Of a DNA stretch of 64,000 nt, positions 39,401 through 54,400 are shown in pieces. The position numbers and the translations under genes are program-made. The stretch is from the NCBI GenBank assembly GCA_051362555.1, contig CM120648.1, positions 14,876,587 through 14,940,586 of the forward strand. Direction: 5' to 3'. Each line of letters begins with the position of its first letter. Position 1 is the stretch's first letter. The notes under the pieces were generated by a model that was given only the letters and a program-made list of their open reading frames with translations, ran no database searches and was not told the DNA's origin. The DNA is from Lingula anatina (Eukaryota; Animalia; Brachiopoda).

Positions 39401-42400
39401 GCCTGTTTTTTTCTTAGGCATGAAGAGACAGAAAGAGTCTGCCAACCAAGAAGCCACAAGGCTGCAATATGGAAGGTTTACCTGGAAAAAGGGCAAATTA
39501 CATGGAATAAAATAGTTAAATGTTAATTATTTTGACAAATATGGTCTAATGTTTGTGAAATTTGTACAAATAATGCCTAATAACAATAAAAATCTGACAT
39601 AAGCTTATCAATTGACTGTGTGTAATGAAAACTATTTTTCGGACAATATATTGAAGAAAACTGAAAATAACGTTGAAAACAAAGGCAAATTTCAAGGATT
39701 AAAATAGTTAAATGTTAATAATTTTGACAAATGTGGTCTAATGTTTCTGAAATTTGTACATATGATGCCTAATAACAATAAAAATCTGACATAAGCTTAT
39801 CAATTGACTGTGTGTAATGAAAACTATTTTTCGGACAATATACTGAAGAAAACCGAAAATAACGTTGAAAACAGAGGCAAATTTCAAGGATTAAAATAGT
39901 TAAATGTTAATAATTTTGACAAATGTGGTCTAATATTTGTGAGATTTGTACAAATGATGCTTGACAACTGTGAAAATCTGAGATAAGATTATCAGTTGCC
40001 TGAGTCTAATGAAACGGATTTTTTCACACAATATATTTGAGAAAACTGAAAATTACATTGAAATCAATGGCAAGTTATTTGGCTTAAAATAGTTAAACAT
40101 TAATAATTGTGACAAAACTGGTCCAATCTTTGTGAAATTTGTGTAAATGATGCTTTACAACAATAAAAATATGAGAAAAGCTTGTCACGCCCTGTGTCTA
40201 TTTTAAGTTTTTTTTTATTGCCAATTCATATCAGAAGAGTGAGAATTTACGAAAACAAATATTTCAATATTCCAATAAATCATTTTATCTCAAATAAAAC
40301 ATCAAATGTGATGACTTGTGTTTGTTTGTGTAGGAAGTGGGAAATTACCTATTATTGTCTTCTGAAAAACAACATATACCCATTCAAGACTTCTCCTTAC
40401 TACCAATACAAGATGCCGATTCCTCCTTACAGTGAGTTTCTGGAATCGGTCCGTTAGCACACCATTTGACCATGTCCTAAATCTTCCCACATATTATGTA
40501 TTGTACACATGGATGAGACATAGCACTGCTCTTGATGTTGTCTCTCAATGCCTGTTTTTTTCTTAGCCATGAAGAGACAGAAAGAGTCTGCCAACCAAGA
40601 AGCCACAAGGCTGCAATATGGAAGGTTTACCTGGAAAAAGGGCAAATTACATGGAATAAAATAGTTAAATGTTAATAATTTTGACAAATGTAGTCTAATA
40701 TTTGTGAAATTTGTATAAATGATGCTTAACAACTGTAAAAATCTGAGACAAGATTATCAGTTGCCTGAGTCTAATGAAACAGATTTTTTCACACAATATA
40801 TCTGAGAAAACTGAAAATTACATTGAAATCAATGGCAAGTTATATGGCTTAAAATAATTAAACATTAATAATTGTGACAAAACTGGTCCAATCTTTGTGA
40901 AATTTGTGTAAATGATGCTTTACAACAATAAAAATATGAGAAAAGCTTGTCACGCCCTGTGTCTATTTTAAGTTTTTTTTTTATTGCCAATTCATATCAG
41001 AAGAGAGAGAATTTATGAAAACAAATATTTCAATATTCCAATAAATCATTTTATCTCAAATAAAACATCAATTGTGATGACTTGTGTTTGTTTGTGTAGA
41101 AAGTGGCAAATTACCTATTATTGTCTTCTGAAAAACAACATATACCCATTCAAGACTTCTCCTTACTACCAATACAAGATGCCGATTCCTCCTTACAGTG
41201 GGTTTCTGGAATCGGTCTGTTAGCACACCATTTGACCATGTCCTAAATCTTCCCACATATTATGTATTGTACACATGGATGAGACATAGCGCTGCTCTTG
41301 ATGTTGTCTCTCAATGCCTGTTTTTTTCTTAGCCATGAAGAGACAGAAAGAGCCTGCCAACCAAAAAGCCACAAGGCTGCAATATGGAAGGTTTACCTGG
41401 AAAAAGGGCAAATTTCATGGAATAAAATAGTTAAATGTTATTAATTTTGACAAATATGGTCTAATGTTTGTGAAATTTGTATAAATGATGCCTAATAACA
41501 ATAAAAATCTGACATAAGCTTATCAATTGACTGTGTGTAATGAAAACTATTTTTCGGACAATATATTGAAGAAAACTGAAAATAACGTTGAAAACAAAGG
41601 CAAATTTCAAGGATTAAAATAGTTAAATGTTAATAATTTTGACAAATGTGGTCTAATGTTTCTGAAATTTGTACATATGATGCCTAATAACAATAAAAAT
41701 CTGACATAAGCTTATCAATTGACTGTGTGTAATGAAAACTATTTTTCGGACAATATACTGAAGAAAACCGAAAATAACGTTGAAAACAGAGGCAAATTTC
41801 AAGGATTAAAATAGTTAAATGTTAATAATTTTGACAAATGTGGTCTAATATTTGTGAGATTTGTACAAATGATGCTTGACAACTGTGAAAATCTGAGATA
41901 AGATTATCAGTTGCCTGAGTCTAATGAAACGGATTTTTTCACACAATATATTTGAGAAAACTGAAAATTACATTGAAATCAATGGCAAGTTATTTGGCTT
42001 AAAATAGTTAAACATTAATAATTGTGACAAAACTGGTCCAATCTTTGTGAAATTTGTGTAAATGATGCTTTACAACAACAAAAATATGAGAAAAGCTTGT
42101 CACGCCCTGTGTCTATTTTAAGTTTTTTTTTATTGCCAATTCATATCAGAAGAGTGAGAATTTACGAAAACAAATATTTCAATATTCCAATAAATCATTT
42201 TATCTCAAATAAAACATCAAATGTGATGACTTGTGTTTGTTTGTGTAGGAAGTGGGAAATTACCTATTATTGTCTTCTGAAAAACAACATATACCCATTC
42301 AAGACTTCTCCTTACTACCAATACAAGATGCCGATTCCTCCTTACAGTGAGTTTCTGGAATCGGTCCGTTAGCACACCATTTGACCATGTCCTAAATCTT

Positions 42401-45400
42401 CCCACATATTATGTATTGTACACATGGATGAGACATAGCACTGCTCTTGATGTTGTCTCTCAATGCCTGTTTTTTTCTTAGCCATGAAGAGACAGAAAGA
42501 GTCTGCCAACCAAGAAGCCACAAGGCTGCAATATGGAAGGTTTACCTGGAAAAAGGGCAAATTACATGGAATAAAATAGTTAAATGTTAATAATTTTGAC
42601 AAATGTAGTCTAATATTTGTGAAATTTGTATAAATGATGCTTAACAACTGTAAAAATCTGAGACAAGATTATCAGTTGCCTGAGTCTAATGAAACAGATT
42701 TTTTCACACAATATATCTGAGAAAACTGAAAATTACATTGAAATCAATGGCAAGTTATATGGCTTAAAATAATTAAACATTAATAATTGTGACAAAACTG
42801 GTCCAATCTTTGTGAAATTTGTGTAAATGATGCTTTACAACAATAAAAATATGAGAAAAGCTTGTCACGCCCTGTGTCTATTTTAAGTTTTTTTTTTATT
42901 GCCAATTCATATCAGAAGAGAGAGAATTTATGAAAACAAATATTTCAATATTCCAATAAATCATTTTATCTCAAATAAAACATCAATTGTGATGACTTGT
43001 GTTTGTTTGTGTAGAAAGTGGCAAATTACCTATTATTGTCTTCTGAAAAACAACATATACCCATTCAAGACTTCTCCTTACTACCAATACAAGATGCCGA
43101 TTCCTCCTTACAGTGGGTTTCTGGAATCGGTCTGTTAGCACACCATTTGACCATGTCCTAAATCTTCCCACATATTATGTATTGTACACATGGATGAGAC
43201 ATAGCGCTGCTCTTGATGTTGTCTCTCAATGCCTGTTTTTTTCTTAGCCATGAAGAGACAGAAAGAGCCTGCCAACCAAAAAGCCACAAGGCTGCAATAT
43301 GGAAGGTTTACCTGGAAAAAGGGCAAATTTCATGGAATAAAATAGTTAAATGTTATTAATTTTGACAAATATGGTCTAATGTTTGTGAAATTTGTATAAA
43401 TGATGCCTAATAACAATAAAAATCTGACATAAGCTTATCAATTGACTGTGTGTAATGAAAACTATTTTTCGGACAATATATTGAAGAAAACTGAAAATAA
43501 CGTTGAAAACAAAGGCAAATTTCAAGGATTAAAATAGTTAAATGTTAATAATTTTGACAAATGTGGTCTAATGTTTCTGAAATTTGTACATATGATGCCT
43601 AATAACAATAAAAATCTGACATTAGCTTTTCAATTGACTGTGTGTAATGAAAACTATTTTTTGGACAATATACTGAAGAAAACCGAAAATAACGTTGAAA
43701 ACAGAGGCAAATTATAAGGATTAAAATAGTTAAATGTTAATAATTTTGACAAATGTGGTCCAATATTTGTGAAATTTGTACAAATGATGCTTGACAACAG
43801 TAAAAATCTGAGACAAGATTATCAGTTGCCTGAGTCTAATGAAACAGATTTTTTCACACAATATATCTGAGAAAACTGAAAATTACATTGAAATCAATGG
43901 CAAGTTATATGGCTTAAAATAATTAAACATTAATAATTGTGACAAAACTGGTCCAATCTTTGTGAAATTTGTGTAAATGATGCTTTACAACAATAAAAAT
44001 ATGAGAAAAGCTTGTCACGCCCTGTGTCTATTTTAAGTTTTTTTTTTTATTGCCAATTCATATCAGAAGAGAGAGAATTTATGAAAACAAATATTTCAAT
44101 ATTCCAATAAATCATTTTATCTCAAATAAAACATCAATTGTGATGACTTGTGTTTGTTTGTGTAGAAAGTGGCAAATTACCTATTATTGTCTTCTGACAT
44201 ACAACATATACCCATTCAAGACTTCTCCTTACTACCAATACAAGATGCCGATTCCTCCTTACAGTGGGTTTCTGGAATCGGTCCGTTAGCACACCATTTG
44301 ACCATGTCCTAAATCTTCCCACATATTATGTATTGTACACATGAATGAGACATAGCACTGCTCTTGATGTTGTCTCTCAATGCCTGTTTTTTTCTTAGCC
44401 ATGAAGAGACAGAAAGAGTCTGCCAACCAAGAAGCCACAAGGCTGCAATATGGAAGGTTTACCTGGAAAAAGGGCAAATTACATGGAATAAAATAGTTAA
44501 ATGTTAATTATTTTGACAAATATGGTCTAATGTTTGTGAAATTTATACAAATGATGCCTAATAACAATAAAAATCTGACATAAGCTTATCAATTGACTGT
44601 GTGTAATGAAAACTATTTTTCGGACAATATATTGAAGAAAACCGAAAATAACGTTGAAAACAGAGGCAAATTTCAAGGATTAAAATAGTTAAATGTTAAT
44701 AATTTTGACAAATGTAGTCTAATATTTGTGAAATTTGTACAAATGATGCTTAACAACTGTAAAAATCTGACATAAGCTTATCAATTGACTGTGTGTAATG
44801 AAAACTATTTTTCGGACAATATATTGAAGAAAACTGAAAATAACGTTGAAAACAAAGGCAAATTTCAAGGATTAAAATAGTTAAATGTTAATAATTTTGA
44901 CAAATGTGGTCTAATGTTTCTGAAATTTGTACATATGATGCCTAATAACAATAAAAATCTGACATAAGCTTATCAATTGACTGTGTGTAATGAAAACTAT
45001 TTTTCGGACAATATACTGAAGAAAACCGAAAATAACGTTGAAAACAGAGGCAAATTATAAGGATTAAAATAGTTAAATGTTAATAATTTTGACAAATGTG
45101 GTCCAATATTTGTGAAATTTGTACAAATGATGCTTGACAACTGTAAAAATCTGAGACAAGATTATCAGTTGCCTGAGTCTAATGAAACAGATTTTTTCAC
45201 ACAATATATCTGAGAAAACTGAAAATTACATTGAAATCAATGGCAAGTTATATGGCTTAAAATAATTAAACATTAATAATTGTGACAAAACTGGTCCAAT
45301 CTTTGTGAAATTTGTGTAAATGATGCTTTACAACAATAAAAATATGAGAAAAGCTTGTCACGCCCTGTGTCTATTTTAAGTTTTTTTTTTATTGCCAATT

Positions 45401-48400
45401 CATATCAGAAGAGAGAGAATTTATGAAAACAAATATTTCAATATTCCAATAAATCATTTTATCTCAAATAAAACATCAATTGTGATGACTTGTGTTTGTT
45501 TGTGTAGAAAGTGGCAAATTACCTATTATTGTCTTCTGACATACAACATATACCCATTCAAGACTTCTCCTTACTACCAATACAAGATGCCGATTCCTCC
45601 TTACAGTGGGTTTCTGGAATCGGTCCGTTAGCACACCATTTGACCATGTCCTAAATCTTCCCACATATTATGTATTGTACACATGAATGAGACATAGCAC
45701 TGCTCTTGATGTTGTCTCTCAATGCCTGTTTTTTTCTTAGCCATGAAGAGACAGAAAGAGTCTGCCAACCAAGAAGCCACAAGGCTGCAATATGGAAGGT
45801 TTACCTGGAAAAAGGGCAAATTACATGGAATAAAATAGTTAAATGTTAATTATTTTGACAAATATGGTCTAATGTTTGTGAAATTTATACAAATGATGCC
45901 TAATAACAATAAAAATCTGACATAAGCTTATCAATTGACTGTGTGTAATGAAAACTATTTTTCGGACAATATATTGAAGAAAACCGAAAATAACGTTGAA
46001 AACAGAGGCAAATTTCAAGGATTAAAATAGTTAAATGTTAATAATTTTGACAAATGTAGTCTAATATTTGTGAAATTTGTACAAATGATGCTTAACAACT
46101 GTAAAAATCTGACATAGGCTTATCAATTGACTGTGTGTAATGAAAACTACTTTTCGGACAATATACTGAAGAAAACCGATAATAATGTGAAAACAGAGGC
46201 AAATTTCAAGGATTAAAATAGTTAAATGTTAATAATTTTGACAAATGTGGTCTAATATTTGTGAAATTTGTACAAATGATGCTTAACAACTGTAAAAATC
46301 TGAGATAAGATTATCAGTTGCCTGAGTCTAATGAAACAGATTTTTTCACACAATATATCTGAGAAAACTGAAAATTACATTGAAATCAATGGCAAATTAT
46401 ATGCCTTAAAATAGTTAAACATTAATAATTTTGACAAAACTGGTCCAATCTTTGTGAAATTTGTGTAAATGATGCTTTACAACAATAAAAATATGAGAAA
46501 AATTTATCACGCCCTGTGTCTATTTTAAGTTTTTTTTTATTGCCAATTCATATCAGAAGAGTGAGAATTTACGAAAACAAATATTTCAATATTCCAATAA
46601 ATCATTTTATCTCAAATAAAACATCAAATGTGATGACTTGTGTTTGTTTGTGTAGAAAGTGGCAAATTACCTATTATTGTCTTCTGACATACAACATATA
46701 CCCATTCAAGACTTCTCCTTACTACCAATACAAGATGCCGATTCCTCCTTACAGTGGGTTTCTGGAATCGGTCCGTTAGCACACCATTTGACCATGTCCT
46801 AAATCTTCCCACATATTATGTATTGTACACATGAATGACACATAGCACTGCTCTTGATGTTGTCTCTCAATGCCTGTTTTTTTCTTAGCCATGAAGAGAC
46901 AGAAAGAGTCTGCCAACCAAGAAGCCACAAGGCTGCAATATGGAAGGTTTACCTGGAAAAAGGGCAAATTACATGGAATAAAATAGTTAAATGTTAATTA
47001 TTTTGACAAATATGGTCTAATGTTTGTGAAATTTATACAAATGATGCCTAATAACAATAAAAATCTGACATAAGCTTATCAATTGACTGTGTGTAATGAA
47101 AACTATTTTTCGGACAATATATTGAAGAAAACCGAAAATAACGTTGAAAACAGAGGCAAATTTCAAGGATTAAAATAGTTAAATGTTAATAATTTTGACA
47201 AATGCAGTCTAATATTTGTGAAATTTGTACAAATGATGCTTAACAACTGTAAAAATCTGACATAGGCTTATCAATTGACTGTGTGTAATGAAAACTACTT
47301 TTCAGCAATATACTGAAGAAAACCGATAATAATGTGAAAACAGAGGCAAATTTCAAGGATTAAAATAGTTAAATGTTAATAATTTTGACAAATGTGGTCT
47401 AATATTTGTGAAATTTGTACAAATGATGCTTAACAACTGTAAAAATCTGAGATAAGATTATCAGTTGCCTGAGTCTAATGAAACAGATTTTTTCACACAA
47501 TATATCTGAGAAAACTGAAAATTACATTGAAATCAATGGCAAATTATATGCCTTAAAATAGTTAAACATTAATAATTTTGACAAAACTGGTCCAATCTTT
47601 GTGAAATTTGTGTAAATGATGCTTTACAACAATAAAAATATGAGAAAAATTTATCACGCCCTGTGTCTATTTTAAGTTTTTTTTTATTGCCAATTCATAT
47701 CAGAAGAGTGAGAATTTACGAAAACAAATATTTCAATATTCCAATAAATCATTTTATCTCAAATAAAACATCAAATGTGATGACTTGTGTTTGTTTGTGT
47801 AGAAAGTGGCAAATTACCTATTATTGTCTTCTGACATACAACATATACCCATTCAAGACTTCTCCTTACTACCAATACAAGATGCCGATTCCTCCTTACA
47901 GTGGGTTTCTGGAATCGGTCCGTTAGCACACCATTTGACCATGTCCTAAATCTTCCCACATATTATGTATTGTACACATGGATGAGACATAGCGCTGCTC
48001 TTGATGTTGTCTCTCAATGCCTGTTTTTTTCTTAGCCATGAAGAGACAGAAAGAGTCTGCCAACCAAGAAGCCACAAGGCTGCAATATGGAAGGTTTACC
48101 TGGAAAAAGGGCAAATTACATGGAATAAAATAGTTAAATGTTAATTATTTTGACAAATATGGTCTAATGTTTGTGAAATTTATACAAATGATGCCTAATA
48201 ACAATAAAAATCTGACATAAGCTTATCAATTGACTGTGTGTAATGAAAACTATTTTTCGGACGATATATTGAAGAAAACCGAAAATAACGTTGAAAACAG
48301 AGGCAAATTTCAAGGATTAAAATAGTTAAATGTTAATAATTTTGACAAATGTGGTCTAATGTTTCTGAAATATGTACATATGATGCCTAACAACTGTAAA

Positions 48401-51400
48401 AATCTGACATAGGCTTATCAATTGACTGTGTGTAATGAAAACTACTTTTCGGACATTATACTGAAGAAAACCGATAATAATGTGAAAACAGAGGCAAATT
48501 TCAAGGATTAAAATAGTTAAATGTTAATAATTTTGACAAATGTGGTCTAATATTTGTGAAATTTGTACAAATGATGCTTAACAACTGTAAAAATCTGAGA
48601 TAAGATTATCAGTTGCCTGAGTCTAATGAAACAGATTTTTTCACACAATATATCTGAGAAAACTGAAAATTACATTGAAATCAATGGCAAATTATATGCC
48701 TTAAAATAGTTAAACATTAATAATTTTGACAAAACTGGTCCAATCTTTGTGAAATTTGTGTAAATGATGCTTTACAACAATAAAAATATGAGAAAAATTT
48801 ATCACGCCCTGTGTCTATTTTAAGTTTTTTTTTATTGCCAATTCATATCAGAAGAGTGAGAATTTACGAAAACAAATATTCCAATATTCCAATAAATCAT
48901 TTTATCTCAAATAAAACATCAATTGTGATGACTTGTGTTTGTTTGTGTAGAAAGTGGCAAATTACCTATTATTGTCTTCTGACATACAACATATACCCAT
49001 TCAAGACTTCTCCTTACTACCAATACAAGATGCCGATTCCTCCTTACAGTGGGTTTCTGGAATCGGTCCGTTAGCACACCATTTGACCATGTCCTAAATC
49101 TTCCCACATATTATGTATTGTACACATGGATGAGACATAGCGCTGCTCTTGATGTTGTCTCTCAATGCCTGTTTTTTTCTTAGCCATGAAGAGACAGAAA
49201 GAGCCTGCCAACCAAGAAGCCACAAGGCTGCAATATGGAAGGTTTACCTGGAAAAAGGGCAAATTTCATGGAATAAAATAGTTAAATGTTATTAATTTTG
49301 ACAAATATGGTCTAATGTTTGTGAAATTTGTATAAATGATGCCTAATAACAATAAAAATCTGACATAAGCTTATCAATTGACTGTGTGTAATGAAAACTA
49401 TTTTTCGGACGATATATTGAAGAAAACTGAAAATAACGTTGAAAACAAAGGCAAATTTCAAGGATTAAAATAGTTAAATGTTAATAATTTTGACAAATGT
49501 GGTCTAATGTTTCTGAAATATGTACATATGATGCCTAACAACTGTAAAAATCTGACATAGGCTTATCAATTGACTGTGTGTAATGAAAACTACTTTTCGG
49601 ACATTATACTGAAGAAAACCGATAATAATGTGAAAACAGAGGCAAATTTCAAGGATTAAAATAGTTAAATGTTAATAATTTTGACAAATGTGGTCTAATA
49701 TTTGTGAAATTTGTACAAATGATGCTTGACAACTGTAAAAATCTGAGATAAGATTATCAGTTGCCTGAGTCTAATGAAACAGATTTTTTCACACAATATA
49801 TCTGAGAAAACTGAAAATTACATTGAAATCAATGGCAAATTAAAGCCTTAAAATAGTTAAACATTAATAATTGTGACAAAACTGGTCCAATCTTTGTGAA
49901 ATTTGTGTAAATGATGCTTTACAACAATAAAAATATGAGAAAAGCTTATCACGCCCTGTGTCTATTTTAAGTTTTTTTTTATTGCCAATTCATATCAGAA
50001 GAGTGAGAATTTACGAAAACAAATATTTCAATATTCCAATAAATCATTTTATCTCAAATAAAACATCAAATGTGATGACTTGTGTTTGTTTGTGTAGAAA
50101 GTGGCAAATTACCTATTATTGTCTTCTGACATACAACATATACCCATTCAAGACTTCTCCTTACTACCAATACAAGATGCCGATTCCTCCTTACAGTGGG
50201 TTTCTGGAATCGGTCCGTTAGCACACCATTTGACAATGTCCTAAATCTTCCCACATATTATGTATTGTACACATGGATGAGACATAGCGCTGCTCTTGAT
50301 GTTGTCTCTCAATGCCTGTTTTTTTCTTAGCCATGAAGAGACAGAAAGAGCCTGCCAACCAAAAAGCCACAAGGCTGCAATATGGAAGGTTTACCTGGAA
50401 AAAGGGCAAATTTCATGGAATAAAATAGTTAAATGTTATTAATTTTGACAAATATGGTCTAATGTTTGTGAAATTTGTATAAATGATGCCTAATAACAAT
50501 AAAAATCTGACATAAGCTTATCAATTGACTGTGTGTAATGAAAACTATTTTTCGGACAATATATTGAAGAAAACTGAAAATAACGTTGAAAACAAAGGCA
50601 AATTTCAAGGATTAAAATAGTTAAATGTTAATAATTTTGACAAATGTGGTCTAATGTTTCTGAAATTTGTACATATGATGCCTAATAACAATAAAAATCT
50701 GACATTAGCTTTTCAATTGACTGTGTGTAATGAAAACTATTTTTTGGACAATATACTGAAGAAAACCGAAAATAACGTTGAAAACAGAGGCAAATTATAA
50801 GGATTAAAATAGTTAAATGTTAATAATTTTGACAAATGTGGTCCAATATTTGTGAAATTTGTACAAATGATGCTTGACAACTGTAAAAATCTGAGATAAG
50901 ATTATCAGTTGCCTGAGTCTAATGAAACGGATTTTTTCACACAATATATCTGAGAAAACTGAAAATTACATTGAAATCAATGGCAAATTATATGCCTTAA
51001 AATAGTTAAACATTAATAATTTTGACAAAACTGGTCCAATCTTTGTGAAATTTGTGTAAATGATGCTTTACAACAATAAAAATATGAGAAAAATTTATCA
51101 CGCCCTGTGTCTATTTTAAGTTTTTTTTTATTGCCAATTCATATCAGAAGAGTGAGAATTTACGAAAACAAATATTTCAATATTCCAATAAATCATTTTA
51201 TCTCAAATAAAACATCAAATGTGATGACTTGTGTTTGTTTGTGTAGAAAGTGGCAAATTACCTATTATTGTCTTCTGACATACAACATATACCCATTCAA
51301 GACTTCTCCTTACTACCAATACAAGATGCCGATTCCTCCTTACAGTGGGTTTCTGGAATCGGTCCGTTAGCACACCATTTGACCATGTCCTAAATCTTCC

Positions 51401-54400
51401 CACATATTATGTATTGTACACATGAATGAGACATAGCACTGCTCTTGATGTTGTCTCTCAATGCCTGTTTTTTTCTTAGCCATGAAGAGACAGAAAGAGT
51501 CTGCCAACCAAGAAGCCACAAGGCTGCAATATGGAAGGTTTACCTGGAAAAAGGGCAAATTACATGGAATAAAATAGTTAAATGTTAATTATTTTGACAA
51601 ATATGGTCTAATGTTTGTGAAATTTATACAAATGATGCCTAATAACAATAAAAATCTGACATAAGCTTATCAATTGACTGTGTGTAATGAAAACTATTTT
51701 TCGGACAATATATTGAAGAAAACCGAAAATAACGTTGAAAACAAAGGCAAATTTCAAGGATTAAAATAGTTAAATGTTAATAATTTTGACAAATGTGGTC
51801 TAATATTTGTGAAATTTGTACAAATGATGCTTAACAACTGTAAAAATCTGACATAGGCTTATCAATTGACTGTGTGTAATGAAAACTACTTTTCGGACAT
51901 TATACTGAAGAAAACCGATAATAATGTGAAAACAGAGGCAAATTTCAAGGATTAAAATAGTTAAATGTTAATAATTTTGACAAATGTGGTCTAATATTTG
52001 TGAAATTTGTACAAATGATGCTTAACAACTGTAAAAATCTGAGATAAGATTATCAGTTGCCTGAGTCTAATGAAACAGATTTTTTCACACAATATATCTG
52101 AGAAAACTGAAAATTACATTGAAATCAATGGCAAATTAAAGCCTTAAAATAGTTAAACATTAATAATTGTGACAAAACTGGTCCAATCTTTGTGAAATTT
52201 GTGTAAATGATGCTTTACAACAATAAAAATATGAGAAAAGCTTATCACGCCCTGTGTCTATTTTAAGTTTTTTTTTATTGCCAATTCATATCAGAAGAGT
52301 GAGAATTTACGAAAACAAATATTTCAATATTCCAATAAATCATTTTATCTCAAATAAAACATCAAATGTGATGACTTGTGTTTGTTTGTGTAGAAAGTGG
52401 CAAATTACCTATTATTGTCTTCTGACATACAACATATACCCATTCAAGACTTCTCCTTACTACGAATACAAGATGCCGATTCCTCCTTACAGTGGGTTTC
52501 TGGAATCGGTCCGTTAGCACACCATTTGACCATGTCCTAAATCTTCCCACATATTATGTATTGTACACATGAATGAGACATAGCACTGCTCTTGATGTTG
52601 TCTCTCAAAGCCTGTTTTTTTCTTAGCCATGAAGAGACAGAAAGAGCCTGCCAACCAAAAAGCCACAAGGCTGCAATATGGAAGGTTTACCTGGAAAAAG
52701 GGCAAATTTCATGGAATAAAATAGTTAAATGTTATTAATTTTGACAAATATGGTCTAATGTTTGTGAAATTTGTATAAATGATGCCTAATAACAATAAAA
52801 ATCTGACATAAGCTTATCAATTGACTGTGTGTAATGAAAACTATTTTTCGGACAATATATTGAAGAAAACTGAAAATAACGTTGAAAACAAAGGCAAATT
52901 TCAAGGATTAAAATAGTTAAATGTTAATAATTTTGACAAATGTGGTCTAATGTTTCTGAAATTTGTACATATGATGCCTAATAACAATAAAAATCTGACA
53001 TAAGCTTTTCAATTGACTGTGTGTAATGAAAACTATTTTTTGGACAATATATTGAAGAAAACCGAAAATAACGTTGAAAACAGAGGCAAATTATAAGGAT
53101 TAAAATAGTTAAATGTTAATAATTTTGACAAATGTAGTCAAATATTTGTGAAATTTGTACAAATGATGCTTAACAACTGTAAAAATCTGAGATAAGATTA
53201 TCAGTTGCCTGAGTCTAATGAAACAGATTTTTTCACACAATATATTTGAGAAAACTGAAAATTACATTGAAATCAATGGCAAGTTATATGGCTTAAAATA
53301 ATTAAACATTAATAATTGTGACAAAACTGGTCCAATCTTTGTGAAATTTGTGTAAATGATGCTTTACAACAATAAAAATATGAGAAAAGCTTGTCACGCC
53401 CTGTGTCTATTTTAAGTTTTTTTTTTATTGCCAATTCATATCAGAAGAGAGAGAATTTATGAAAACAAATATTTCAATATTCCAATAAATCATTTTATCT
53501 CAAATAAAACATCAATTGTGATGACTTGTGTTTGTTTGTGTAGAAAGTGGCAAATTACCTATTATTGTCTTCTGAAAAACAACATATACCCATTCAAGAC
53601 TTCTCCTTACTACCAATACAAGATGCCGATTCCTCCTTACAGTGGGTTTCTGGAATCGGTCTGTTAGCACACCATTTGACCATGTCCTAAATCTTCCCAC
53701 ATATTATGTATTGTACACATGGATGAGACATAGCGCTGCTCTTGATGTTGTCTCTCAATGCCTGTTTTTTTCTTAGCCATGAAGAGACAGAAAGAGCCTG
53801 CCAACCAAAAAGCCACAAGGCTGCAATATGGAAGGTTTACCTGGAAAAAGGGCAAATTTCATGGAATTAAATAGTTAAATGTTATTAATTTTGACAAATA
53901 TGGTCTAATGTTTGTGAAATTTGTATAAATGATGCCTAATAACAATAAAAATCTGACATAAGCTTATCAATTGACTGTGTGTAATGAAAACTATTTTTCG
54001 GACAATATATTGAAGAAAACTGAAAATAACGTTGAAAACAAAGGCAAATTTCAAGGATTAAAATAGTTAAATGTTAATAATTTTGACAAATGTGGTCTAA
54101 TGTTTCTGAAATTTGTACATATGATGCCTAATAACAATAAAAATCTGACATTAGCTTTTCAATTGACTGTGTGTAATGAAAACTATTTTTTGGACAATAT
54201 ACTGAAGAAAACCGAAAATAACGTTGAAAACAGAGGCAAATTATAAGGATTAAAATAGTTAAATGTTAATAATTTTGACAAATGTGGTCCAATATTTGTG
54301 AAATTTGTACAAATGATGCTTGACAACTGTAAAAATCTGAGATAAGATTATCAGTTGCCTGAGTCTAATGAAACGGATTTTTTCACACAATATATCTGAG

